Part shown: piece by piece, positions 22,955 to 35,640 of the stretch
How the letters are laid out: each line of letters begins with the position of its first letter
Numbering within the stretch: the first letter of the stretch is position 1
DNA from: Callorhinchus milii
Taxonomy: Eukaryota
DNA length: 64,000 nt
Reading direction: 5' to 3'
Assembly: GCF_018977255.1 (NCBI RefSeq)
Contig: NW_024704742.1
Location: 95,048,001-95,112,000, forward strand
Made by a program: the position numbers and the translations under genes
The notes under the pieces: model-generated
Told to the model about the DNA's origin: nothing
What the model saw: only the letters and a program-made list of their open reading frames with translations
Database searches by the model: none

Positions 22955-24070
22955 CAACAACAACAAAATTACATTTATAGAGCGCCTTTCACATCAGGAG
23001 GATGTCCCAAAGCGTTGAACAGTCAGATGTTGGGGCCTGAGCATGGGGGAGAGGTGGTGTAAGGGTGAGGGAAGGCAGAGAGGTGGGAGGGAGACCAAAG
23101 GCACGGTCAAAGAGGAGGGTCTTGAGACCGGCCTTGAAGAAGGCAAGGGAGGAAGCGAGGCGAAGGGACCATGGGATGGAGTTCCAGAGTGTGGGGGCAG
23201 AGAGGCTGAAAGCCACCGATGGTAGGGTAGGTCGGGTGGGAGACGTGGAGCAGGCCAGAGCCTGATGAGCGGAGCCTGATGAGTTAGAAGGGAGTCACCA
23301 GGTCAGAGAGGTAGGAGGGGCAAGGTCATGGGTGGCCTTAAAGGTGAGGATGAGGATCTTGAACTCGATCCTCTGGGGGATGGGGAGCCAGTGGAGTCGG
23401 GCAAGGGTGGGAGTGATGGGGTCACGGAGCCTGGTGCGTGAGAGTACACAAGCTGCAGAGTTTAGGATAATCTGCATCTTGTGAAGAGAAGAGTTGGGAA
23501 GGCCGATGAGGAGGGAGTTCTGGGGGCAGAGAGGCTGAAAGCCACCGATGGTAGCGTAGGTCGGGCGGGAGACGTGGAGCAGGCCGGAGCCTGATGAACG
23601 GAGCCTGATGAGTTAGTAGGGAGTTCCCGTAATCGAGCCTTGAGGTGACGAATGCGTGGGTGAGGGTTTTGGCAGCCTGAGGGGTGAGGCAGTGACAGAG
23701 TCTGGCAATGTTGCAGAGGTGGTGGTAGCCAGTGACGGTCATGGTGCGGATGTGAGGGAGAAAGGACAGTTCAGGGTCAAATAAGACACCCAGGTTCCTG
23801 ACTGGCTTAGTGAGGTTGAGTGTGCAGCCATGGAGGCTGATGCTGCCAGTGCCCGAGTTGCGGAGGCGCTGGCGTGAGCCAATCAGGAGGGCCTCGGTCT
23901 TGCTGACGTTGAGTTGGAGAAAGTTGGCCCTCGTTCAGGACTTGATGTTGGACAGGCAGTCGGTCATGACCTCAGTGATCTTAGAGTTCAGGGTGGAGGC
24001 AGAGAGGTAGAGTTGGGAGTCATCCCCATACATGTGGAAATTTACCCCATGTTGGCAGATGATGTTACCA
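22955..24070 (-). mobile_element. L2 3' fragment with a ~104-bp internal duplication
   Basis: FHMYGDDSQLYL to [15 protein letters not shown]; (caa)n tail. Confidence 0.9.
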
Positions 24071-24613
24071 AGTTACATTAATTATGGGGAAAAGACAGGT
24101 AAATGAGACTGAAAGGATTACTATGACAATCATTAATTTAAGGATCATTATCATAAATTAAGCCACCATGAGCTAGAATCAAGGTTGACACCCAAGTAAG
24201 ATCGCCATCTAATGGTAACAAAGAACAACACTTAGAACAGTGAAAGTACAGCTGAGCAACAGCCTCACCTGGCACATCAATGTATGATTTCCAGCTTGGA
24301 AAGCGCGGTGCCTGATGGAGCACAGTGAATCAAGAGCAACAAACATCAATACAACAGAGTAGAATAGAAGAATAGAGCAATTAGGGAGTCTACACTTGGG
24401 GAAATAGCAGATTAAACCAGCCACTTTATAATTTCTATGCACATCCTCAGGCAGATAGTTGTAACAGGATATAGCTTGGTATTACTGCAAGACAAAAAAA
24501 ATCTGCTTTATTGAATATGGACAGTATTTTACATTCACAGAAATAGTATTAACAATGAGTAGCAAATTCTCTGCTGTGCAATACATATTAAAGCAATCTG
24601 GGCAAAATGATGG

Positions 24614-25164
24614 TTAATAATAATAATAATCCTTGCATTTGATATAGCGCTCTTCGCGTCTTCTAGACATCTCAAAGCGCTTCACAGAATAGACTGTAAA
24701 GTGAATTGACTGTATATTTGTGGGCGAAATGCAGCAGCCAATTACGCACAGCAGTGTACCATAACAGTCGACAGGACAGGAAGCTCGCTTTGCAGGCGAG
24801 AGACCTGAGTTCAATTCCAGGACGAAACCTTGGCCAAGTTTCCTTACCCCACATGCCTAATAATAATACCTCCAAAAAACAAAACAATAATAAATTAGTC
24901 ATTTTCAATCCACGACTGTTTGTGGGACTGCTGTGGGCCATTGGCTGCTGTGTTTTGCCCACAAATATACATACGGTGAATATAAAATATTCACTTTACA
25001 GCATATTCTGTGAAGCACTTTGAGACATCTAGAAGACGTGAAAAGCGCTATATCAAATGCAAGGATTATTATTAATATTACTTGCCCAAGGTTTCACCCT
25101 GCCGGGAATTGAATCGGGGTCTCTCGCTTGCGAGTGCTCTAACCATTGAGCTACAGGACTCCAC
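24614..25164. mobile_element. Composite of tRNA-head SINEs: minus tail 24614-24770, plus copy ~24780-25075, minus head 25078-25164
   Basis: Family motifs in alternating orientation. Confidence 0.8.
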
Positions 25165-25440
25165 TTTAACATAGTACAAAGAATGGCATTCCAGTAAATG
25201 AGAGTATTTGGGGGAGAGAGATGCTAGTGAAGTCTTGCACAGTTTAGGCTGACACTCCAATACAGCCTCAGGAAACACTTGTTGGAGGTATTGTCATTTG
25301 GATGAGACAATATACCGAGAGTTTGTTTGCCTGCTTGGATAGATATTAAAAATCCCTTGGCATTATTTATTAAAAAAAGGAGGACCTCCTGGTGTCCTGG
25401 CTAACAATCCTCCAGATAAAATTGGTTCTGTCCTCCTTGT

Positions 25441-26007
25441 GGGGGGGGGGGAGGTAAGCAGGGTCTCCTTGGAGCTGCACTGGCTCCAAGGTGACTTGCC
25501 TAGCAATGGAATGTCAGAATCAAGACAGCCCCCTGTTGCGGTCTCGGTAGTTTGGTTCCTGAGCCAGGCAGTCTGCAGTATTCCAGGGCAATGCTGATAA
25601 CAGCACAGCCAGCCTGGCTCATCGGCAGGACCTGGTGGCAGGGAGTCATCCCACTTAGCTCCTGTTAACCCTGCAAGCCAAAGCCACGGGTAGGGTGGTT
25701 CTAGCTGGACAAGCAGTGAGAAAGCTTGCCAGACACTAATATCAATGGCAAGCTATGTGGTTTTAGCTGGTTAGACTCCAGTAGTACCCCAACACACATT
25801 CTGGGGTCCCCAAGCCTTGGCTCTTGCCAACCTATGCTTAATACTTTCCAGAATTAGGTAAGCAGGATACGTCCCTCCAGGGAGAGAGTGAGCATTCCAT
25901 TCCAACAATCTATCTCTGGGATTTCCATGTGTGGGTGGGATGCATAGAAATCTCAGTTTTGTTGGATACGCTTAAGCAGGGCGATGGCACCCGGCTGACC
26001 GAAAAAA
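25441..26007 (+). mobile_element. Unclassified non-autonomous retroposon (GGCTGACC-tail family), inserted in a Deu-type SINE
   Basis: Starts G11-AGGTAAGCAGG and ends ggctgaccgaaaaaa; Deu SINE halves flank it (~25270-25430 and ~26030-26190). Confidence 0.65.
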
Positions 26008-26973
26008 CATGTTTCCCCCACCGAAAAGAAATGGTTATTCACAGTTGTTTATAGCACATTGCTGTGTGCAAATTTGTTGCAATGTTCACCAACAAAATGT
26101 ACAGTTTCTTCACTGTACAGTAAATCCTGTGAAATGCTCTGAGACGTTTTGACAACATAATAAACCACTATATCAAATGCAAGGCTTTTTATTTATAAAA
26201 TAGCCATTCATCCTAATGTTCCTTGCAGAATTTTGTTGTAAAGGATTCAGTGTGGCATGTGCCTGTGCACATTCACGGAATAAACACACAACTGTATCAT
26301 TACTAGTAATGGTTATTTATACTGCATTCTTTCCTTGTTTTTTCTATCATTGAGCAGCACTGCTTCCAGTCTGCAGTGCATCTATTCTTCCACTGAGTGG
26401 TGCTGCCTTACTAAGTTGGTATTCTGTCCATAAAAAATAAGAAGAGAAAACGTTTCATTTCCTTTTTTTGGTCAGCCGGGTGTCTGACACATCACTATGG
26501 TTAAGAGAAAGCAAGTCCAAGGAGTTTCATACATGCCACAGCCATATGGAAATTCCCATGTCTGGAATGGAACGCTCAGCTCCATTGGCTTCCCAGCTCC
26601 CAGTGGATCCTGCTCAAGATCCTTGTTCTCACCTTTAAATTGTTCTCATCTTTGGCTCCTCAGTCTGCAAGTCACCATCCATGGCCGTGCTTTCAGCGAC
26701 TATGCGTTGAAACTCTGGAACTCCCTAACTCAATCTCTCCGCCTTGCCACATCTTTCCCTGTCTTCAGATCGCACCTGAAGACCTTCCTCTTTGACTGTG
26801 CTTACAGTCAGCTCCCCTTTCTCCCTAGCTCAGCATCAAAATTCGCCATTGTTCATAGTTAAACAATCCAAGACCCTGCCCTACATGAAGAGCGTAATGA
26901 AAAAGCAAGTTGTGGTTGTAGTCCCCAGACCTATTTGTCTGTGACATCTCTGTTAATCTCTGTGCTCGATTAT

Positions 26974-27750
26974 CACCTCTCAAAGCCAGTCAGGAACCTC
27001 GGCGTTCTGTTCGACCCTGAGCTGTCCTTTCTTCCTCATATCCGCGCCACAACTGGCACCGCCTTCCATCACCTCCGAAAGATCGCCAGACTACGGCACT
27101 ACCTCACCCCTCATCTGCTGAAACACTGGTCCACGCCTTTATCACCTCAAGGCTGGACTATGGGAACTCTCTCCTCGCCGGCCTTCCCGCCACCTCCCTC
27201 CACAAGCTGCAGGTCATTCAGAACTCTGCAGCTCGTGTACTGTCCCGCACCAGGCTTCGCGACCACATCACTCCCACCCTCGCTCGCCTCCACTGGCTCC
27301 CCATCCCCCAGAGGATCGAATTCAAGATCCTCATCCTCACCCACAAGGCCATTCACGGCCTTGCTCCCTCCTACCTCTCCAACCTACTATCCCCCTACCT
27401 ACCTGCTCGTACCCTCTATTCCTCTGGCTCCAGTCTGCTCCACATCCCCCACCCCAACTGCCCTACCATCGGTGGCCGGGCCTTCAGCCTCTCAGCCCCC
27501 AGGCTCTGGAACTCCATCCCCCAGTGCCTTCGCCGCCTCCTCCCTTTCCTCCTTCAAGGCCAGTCTCAAGGCCTTTCTCTTTGACCGTGCCTTCAGCTCC
27601 CCTCTCGACTCTCTACCCCCTCCTCGCCCCCTCCCTTCCCTCCCCTCACCCTGACCATTTACCCCCTACTTGGGTCCTGACCCAACTGTCCAGCGCCTTG
27701 GGACGTCCTCCCGACGTGAAAGTCGCTCTATAAATGGAATCTTGTTGTTT
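26974..27750 (+). mobile_element. Young L2 3' fragment
   Basis: Nearly the same sequence as ~50632-51495. Confidence 0.92.
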
Positions 27751-27799
27751 TGTATCAATGGTTGGTTTCACCTCCCACTGAGCAGCAGAAGTTAAATCT

Positions 27800-28205
27800 T
27801 GTTAGGCACAGGTTGGTGAAAGCCATGGTTTGGGGCCCCAGTGTGCGTGTTGGATAATGCTAAAATAACACAGTTTACCATTGAGAGCAAATCTAGCAAG
27901 CTTCATTTTACTTATCTAGCTCGGACACTACCCATTAGGCCTTTGGGTTACTGGCTGGGTTAACAGGAGCTGAGTGGGAGGATTCCATGCTCCCAGTGTC
28001 TGCCCTACCAAGTCCTGCTGATAAGACAGCCTTGCAGTGGTGTCATCAGCAGTGCCCTGGAATACCTGTGTACCTGCCTGGCTCAGGAACCGAGATCATC
28101 ACAGAAGACTGGCTGGATTCTGACATTCCATTGCCAAACATATCACCTTGGAACCAGTTCAGTCCAAAGGAAACCCTGCTTACTTCCCCTCTCCCCCCCA
28201 TCCCA
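27800..28205 (-). mobile_element. GGCTGACC-tail family, 5' and middle portion
   Basis: Reverse-complement similarity to 25441-25830. Confidence 0.6.
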
Positions 28206-31200
28206 GGAGTTAAGCGGGGTCCCCTTAAACCTGAAATGACTCAAGGTGACATATTTGGCAATGGAACGTCAGGTGCTAACTCATCGGAAGGAATTTGAAA
28301 AGCAAACCAGTCACTGGGAGTAGAGACTCTTCCCACCCAGTTCCTGTTAGCCTTGCAGCAAAGCCCTAATGGGTAAAATGGTCTACTTACCTCCTCCCTC
28401 CTGCTCCATCCCCGGAGGACTATCAATAGTTGGTCATTTGACATACGGCAAAAAGGCAAAGCGAACACCCTGCAACTTGGAATAAAGAGAAGTGGACAAA
28501 AGCTCTGCCAGTTATCTGCACTTCAATTTAACCAAATGATTCAATTATCCAAACTGACATCTCTAATAAGCAATCTTTCATTCCTTGCATCCTAATAGAT
28601 CTGCAAATGCCTGTTTCTATGGTTATTTTAGCAAATTAATTTTCAGTTGGTGGTGTTAATCCAGACGTTAATTCAGACAGGCCTATTGTCTGTAACTGAT
28701 GCAGCTCAAACTGCTTAATGAATGCTTAATGACTTGTTAATCTGTGTGTTTATTATCAATGGCTGATTTTGCCTCTTGCTGAGTGGCACAAGTTAAAGGG
28801 TAACAAAGCACTGACAAATTGGTGGAGGTTTTAATTTGGTGAGAAAGAAATTGTAAAGAGGGTGTTGTTGGAATGGATCCAAATGCTGCAGATCTGTAAT
28901 CTTTTTCAAACAAGATGCATGCAGCGACATAGAGCACTGTCAAAGTTCCCTATGAGCTCCAAGTAATTCCAGGTTCAGAACAAAAAACGTTGGAAGGTCA
29001 ACGGGTTCCACCAAAGCATCAAATCCAAAACAATCAGGGAGAACCTGAGGAATATAGATTTAACCAACACTATAACAACTTGCATTTATATAAGCACCTT
29101 TAATGCAGGTAGTGTCTTGAGTGAAACGAAAGGATACAAGATTATTTTTTAACACACTTGTTAAAAAGAGCTGTTAGGACATCAAATACCCTATGTATAA
29201 TAATCCTTGCATTTGAGCCCTATCTAGAACAGTGGCTGAGGGTAGAATCCATATTAGCTTTTAAAAGGGAATTAGATTCAGTGCTCCAAGATCCTACCTC
29301 ACATGAAGGTCATTATATAGACGCAAGTTGTTGTTGTAGATAAATATCTGAAAAGGAAAAATAAAATGATATGGGGACAAGACTGGAGAATGGGACTGTA
29401 AGGATTGCTCTTTCACAGAACCAGTGCTCGTATAATGGGCTGAATGGGTTCCTTATGTGCTGTGCTATGGTTCTAAGCTTTGAAAGCTGGATTTCCACAA
29501 TTCTCAATTCTAAGATTCTGAGAAATTTCAAGCTTCAGTTATTAAAATATAATGGGGTCCTGTAGTTTAGTGGTTAGTGCACTTGGCTCGCAAGAGAGAG
29601 ACCTGGGTTCAATTCCCTACAGGGTGAAATGTTGGGCAAGTTTCCTTACTCCACCTCTGTTTACCTAACAGTAAGTAGGAACCCAGTTGTTAGTCAATTG
29701 GCGGATCGCTTTTCGGTTAATAATCAAGGATTATTATTACTATAATATAAAAATCAACAATGATATTATATAATCAATTGGAGAATCAACAGGAATATTA
29801 TCAACTTGTTTAATTCACTTGTTTAACCCACCTACAGTGTGAAGGTTGAAAGTGCTACTTTTTTTACTGAACTCCTCTTTTTATTGGCTTACATTTCAGT
29901 TTAGTTCATTTAAGAACTCATGGCAAATGTCGCTCTACACTAGGACATGTGATAAACAGGGGATTAGTGACTGAATGTATTATCACCACCATTTCACTTC
30001 TTGGTTTTATTACAAAGCATGTTTACAAGCTTTCTTTGCATACTTTAAAATCATTTGATACTAATTTAGGATAAATTGGCTACAAAATGCTGTGCGCATT
30101 TTCCTACAAAATACAATCACTACACTTTGCAGTAAATCCTGTGAAGCACTTTGAAACGTCCTCCCGAAGTAATAGACACCATATCAAATGCAAGCATTAT
30201 TATTAGTTACATTGCACTTTATGCACGTAATAATAATCCTTGCGTTTGATAAAGCGCCGTATAACTTTGTTTGCGATGTCTCAAAGCGCTTCACAGAATA
30301 TATTAATAATTCTTGCCTTTAATATAAAACCTATGGCATTGAAATGTTTCAAAAAGCTTTACTGTAATTGGGGTTAATAATAATTCTCACATTGGATATG
30401 GAAACATCTCAGTGTGCTTCACAAAGGGATTTTTTCCCGTAAAATGAAGTGTATTTTATAGGGAACGTGGCAATCAATGTACCAACAAAGTGAATGGCCA
30501 TTTTTTTTTCTCTCTGGGGTGTTGTTGGCCAGAATACAGGAAGAAAGTCCCTTTTATTTTCAAATAGTGCCACTTAAACAGACAGATGGTACCTTGGTTT
30601 AACATTCCATCTGCTCCTGCCAACCTGCGCCTAATACTTTCCGGAATTAGGTAAGCAGGATGTATCTCTCCAGGGAGAGAGTGTACATTCTATTCCAGCA
30701 ATCTATCTCTGGAATTTCCTGTGTGTAGGTGAGATGCATGGCTGTATGAAAATCTCAGATTGGTTTGAATACTCTTAAACATGATGATGGCACCCGGCTG
30801 ACCCCAAAAAACACACAGTGTGCTACAGGCAGCAAGTGTGTGGAATACAACAACAACAACTTGCATTTATATAGCTCCCTTAATGCTGGACAGCGTCTCG
30901 GAGCACTTAATAGTGTTACACAGCGTTATTCTACATAGAAAGGATAGGGAGCACCAAGCAGCAGAAGACATGATATTCATAAGCATTGTGATGTATTTTC
31001 ACATGTACCAGACACCCAGCTGATCACCTCCACCCAAAATAAAACAACAAATCAATGTAAAGGATGTCAGCTCCGATAATGTAGCACTCCTCAGCACTGC
31101 AATGATAAGACAGCCTAGAACTGTGAGTTCAAAGTCCCGACATGGAGGCTTGAACCCACAACCTGACTATTTGTCCACTGCACTTCAAACAGAAAATGAT

Positions 31201-31349
31201 TCCCAAATAAATCATCAGCCCATGAAACATTAACAGGTTAGTTCACAGTATTCCTCCATAAACCTGTGAATAGGCTTCAACTTTTTACATCCCCCTCCCA
31301 CCTCAGTAAAGAGTTGATTGGTCCATCAGCAAAGCACTGCACTACATTA

Positions 31350-33420
31350 CAACAACAAATTACATTTGTATAGCATCTTTCACATCGAGAGGACATCCCA
31401 AGTTGCTGGACAGCCAGTGTTTCAGCCCTGAGCTCAATGTCAGCAAGACCGAGGCCCTCCGCCTCCGCAACTCAGGCACTGGCAGCATCAGCCTCCACGG
31501 CTGCACACTCAACCTCACTAAGCCAGTCAGGAACCTGGGTATCATGTTTGACCCTGAACTGTCCTTTCTCCCTCAAATCCGCACCATGACAGGAACTGCC
31601 TACCACCACCTCCGCAATATTGCCAGATTCCACCACTGCCTCACCCCTCAGGCTGCCGAAACCCTCACCCACGCATTCGTCACATCAAGGCTCGATTACG
31701 GGAACTCCCTCCTCATCGGCCTTCCCAACTCTTCCCTTCACAAGCTGCAGATCATCCAAAACTCTGCAGCTCATGTACTCTCATGCACCAGGCTCCGTGA
31801 CCCCATCACTCCCACCCTCGCCCGACTCCACTGGCTCCCCATCCCCCAGAGGATCGAGATCAAGATCCTCGTCCTCACCTTTAAGGCCATCCATGGCCTT
31901 GTCCCCTCCTACCTCTCTGACCTGCTGACTCCCTACCAACCTGCCCCTTCTCTTCAACCGTGCCTTTGGTCTCCCTCTCACCTCTCTGCCTTCCCTCATC
32001 CCTACACCACCCCTCCCCCATGCTCGGATCCCAACACCTAACTGTTCAGCGCTTTGGGTTGTCCGCTCAACGTGAAAGGCGCTCTATAAATGTACTTTTG
32101 CTGTTGCTGTTGTTGTTGTTGAGCTGGGGGCCGGATTGGGGAGGGTGGAGGGCAGTGGGAGAAGCAGGGTAATCGAAAGCATGATCGAAGAGGAGGGTCT
32201 TGAGATGGGTCTTGAAGGAGGCAAGGGAGGGGGCGAGGTGGAGGGAATGTGGGATGGAGTTCCAGAAGGTGGGGGCAGAGTGGGAGAAGGCCCGACTGCC
32301 AATGGTGGGGCTGGCGTGGCGGGGGATGTGAAGCAGGGCAGAGCCCGCTGAGTGGAGGGAGCGGGCACGTTGGTAGGGGGTTAGGAGGGAGCAGAGTTAG
32401 GTTGGAGCAAGGTGATGGAAGGCTTTGAAGGTGAGGGCCAGGTTCTTGAACTGTATCCTGAGTGATGGGAAGTCAGTGGAGTTGAGTGAGGATGGTGGTG
32501 ATAGAGTCACGGAGCCTGGTGCGAGAGAGGACAGGGGCTGCGGAGCTCTGGATGATCTGCAGCCTATGGAGGGAGGAGTTGGGGAGGCTGACAAGCAGGA
32601 AGCTTGCATAATCAAGCCTCGATGTAATGAATGGGTGTATAATACTTTCGGTGGCCTACAGTTTGAGACAATGTCGGAACCGGGCAACGTTGCAGATGTA
32701 GGGGAAGGCAGAGCGGGTTATGGCACTGATGTGGGGTAGAGAGGATAGTTGAGGGTCAAACAAAATGCCAAGGATCCGAACTGGCTTAGGGAGGTAAAGT
32801 GTGCAACCATGGATGATGATGCTGTCAGCGCCTGAGGTGTGGAGGCGCTGACGGGAGCCAATCAGGAGAGCCTCGGTCTTGTTGACATTCAACTGAAGAA
32901 AGTTAGCTCTCATCCAGGATTTAAAGTCTGACAGTCATTTTGACAGCACAGAGTGGTTCTGGAGTCAAGGGTGGAGGCAGAGAGGTAGAGTTGGGTGTCA
33001 TCCACGTGGAAACTTCCACATACATGTGGAAGTTGACCCCACGTCTGCGGATGATATCACCAGAGGGAGCATATAGATGTTGAAGAGGAGGGGACCAAGG
33101 ACAGAGCCCTGAGGAACGTCGCATGAGACTGTGCGGGGGCTAGAGGAGAAACCATTTGTGGAGATGAAGTGGAGGCCAGGTGAGAGGTACGATCTGAATC
33201 ATTTAAGGACAGAACCGTGAAGGTTGAGGTGAGGGGAGAGGCAGTGGATAAGGAAAGAGTGGTCAACAGTATCGAAGGTAGCAGAGAGGTCAAGGAGGAG
33301 GAGGAAGCAGAGGGAGCCCTAGTTGCAGATGCACAGAATGTCATTTATCACTTTGACTTGGGCTGTTTCTGTGCTGTGGGCGGCTCCGAAACCTGATTGG
33401 AAGGGTTTGTGAAGGGAACC
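31350..33420 (-). mobile_element. L2 fragment (RT to 3' tail) interrupted by a + strand L2
   Basis: [12 protein letters not shown] and FHMY motifs on the minus strand; tail at 31350. Confidence 0.88.
31435..32119 (+). mobile_element. L2 3' fragment nested in the minus-strand L2
   Basis: LNVSKTEAL...[15 protein letters not shown]; (ttg)n tail; tgagct at both ends. Confidence 0.9.
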
Positions 33421-33982
33421 CTTCCACATTACTGTATCACAGCCTTCCAAAATAGAAATGGTAACACATTCAGATCAGTTGTTGAAGCAAGATAGCCTGC
33501 GATTCCACTAATGTAGTTGTACAAAACAATTGCTCCTGCACTGGGCACAGAAAAGATTATATCAAGTGTTATGCAGTTTTCTGCTAACAATACCCAGGAC
33601 AAATGGCCATTCTTTACATTGCACTGTGCGAAGGAGCTATTTGGCTTGCAGACAATAAATACAGATTGGTATAAAATGGCTGCTTTCACTGAACTGAAGA
33701 ATGAGTGACAGGCGGGTTCTCACACGTGCACGACCTCCAGAAGCCTGCAGTCCTTTTATGGCGTACCCCGGAGACCTTGACATTGGCAGCAATATTCAGC
33801 CAACAGATGGCATTTTACCACTTTAGTGAGAGCTACGGACTTTCACTGTCAGTTATACAAGGTCTTGCAAACAAGATTTGCATCAAACGGATGGTTTAAC
33901 AGGAATTTAATATACACCCAATATGTCCCTGTTCTCTGGAAATCTCACCTTTTCCCTTTATCTTGCTCCTTCTCTCTTTACT

Positions 33983-34340
33983 GTGGAATCCTGTAGCTCA
34001 GTGGTTAGAGCACTCGCTTCGCAAGCGAGAGGACCTGGGTTCGATTCCCGAGCAGGGCGAAATGTTGGCCAAGTTTCCTTATGCCACACGCCTATTTACC
34101 CAGTAGTAAATAGGAACCCGCTTGTTAGTCGATTTATGGATCGCTTTTCTGGGAGTAATAATCCCTTTAAAAAAATGTGGGCACTTAATCCACAACTGTT
34201 TGTGGGACATTGTTGTGCTCAATTGGCTGCCACGTTTTGCCTGCAAAATACAGTCAATTCACTTCACAATAAATTCTGTGAAGCCCTTTCAGACATCTCA
34301 AAGACGTGATAAGGCGCTACATCAAATGCAACGATGATTA
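33983..34340 (+). mobile_element. tRNA-head SINE, full length
   Basis: gtggaatcctgtagctcagtggttagagcac...ggttcgattccc A/B boxes, plus family body and tail. Confidence 0.9.
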
Positions 34341-35249
34341 CAGTGCTTTGGGATGTCCTCCTGATGTGAAAGGCACTATATGAATGCAATTTGTTGTTTG
34401 TTGTTGTTGCCTTCAAAACCCTCTGAAAAAAAATGTTTCACTGTACCTTTGGTAAACAATATTAGAATTTCATGTCAGTGCTGTTGCTCGGTGCTTAGTA
34501 TTCTACAGAGTTACGTGTAGAATAATACACCTTGCAGAGTGTTTTTTTGGTTAGCTGTCTGTCTGACAAATCATAGGAGCCCAGCCCAAAAGGTTTATGA
34601 GCATCGTTTCAGCTAGGAGTTACAGTACCACCTTGAAGCACAAGGACCTTTTAGCATTTTTTGTTTGATATTGGCCACATGGACATCTCATGCTGACAGT
34701 CTGCCAATGTAGCACACAAACTGATATTGTAGCTCTCACCTTGAGAAGCTGGAAATTATATAATTGAACAGCACAGGGGAAGCACCGCAGCTTGTACAGT
34801 TTTGAACACAGTTGCACCTGTTCCTCTTGCAGTACATTCTTCCTTAACTTTACATCAAACATCTGCTGCTCCAACTGCTGGATCCTTTCCAGCACTTATT
34901 AATTTTGTTTAAATCAATCTGGAAAATGCTTTAAATTTTCCGACTGCTGGTAAAAGCTGTGTCGCATATACTGCTGATGTTCCCCCCCAGAATACTGCAG
35001 TAAGCCTTTGCTGTTATACTGTAAGGTGGGTGCGAGTGAGACATTTGTATAAAGTGAACCAGGACAAAGTGTAAATTAAAGGGGAGGAAATGTAATAATA
35101 ATAATCTTTCCATTTGATACAGAGTCTTTTACATCGGGAGGACGTCTCAAAGTGCGTCACAGAATTTACTGTAAAATATTACTAATAATCCTCTCTCAAT
35201 AGATGCTGCTTGACCGGCTGAGTGTTCCCAGTGACTTCTGTTTTTATTT

Positions 35250-35640
35250 TCTAATAATCCTTACATTTGGTACAGCATGTCATGCCTGGAGGATGTCCCA
35301 AAGCACTCTACAGAACAACCTGCAAAGTACAGCAATGTCCGACAAAACAGTTATGAAGTGAATGACCAATTTTATTTGGAGGATTGTTGGTCAGGACACC
35401 AGGAAAAACTCCCTTCTCTTTTCGAACAGTGCCAAAGGATCTTTAACATCCCACTGAACAGGCAGACAGGACCTTGGTTTAATATCTCATCCATATGCAG
35501 CATCTCCAATAATGCAGTCCACCACCAGCACTGCACTGGAGAGTCAACTTTGACTATGAAAGTTCAAAATCCCAGCTTGAGGCTTGAACCTGCAAGCTTC
35601 TGACTCAGAGGCAAGAGTGCTATCAATGGAATAAAGCTTA
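35250..35640 (-). mobile_element. Deu-domain tRNA SINE (SacSINE1/AmnSINE-like)
   Basis: gtgccaaaggatctttaacatcc...ggtttaatatctcatcc...ttctgactcagaggcaagagtgcta. Confidence 0.8.

Noticed and set aside
23261..23285. Repeated CTGATGA motifs (hammerhead or C/D box)
   Set aside because: They come from a small duplication inside an L2; no GAAA partner or terminal stem.
33983..34055. tRNA-like sequence with A and B boxes
   Set aside because: It is the head of a multi-copy SINE continuing into body and tail, not a tRNA gene.
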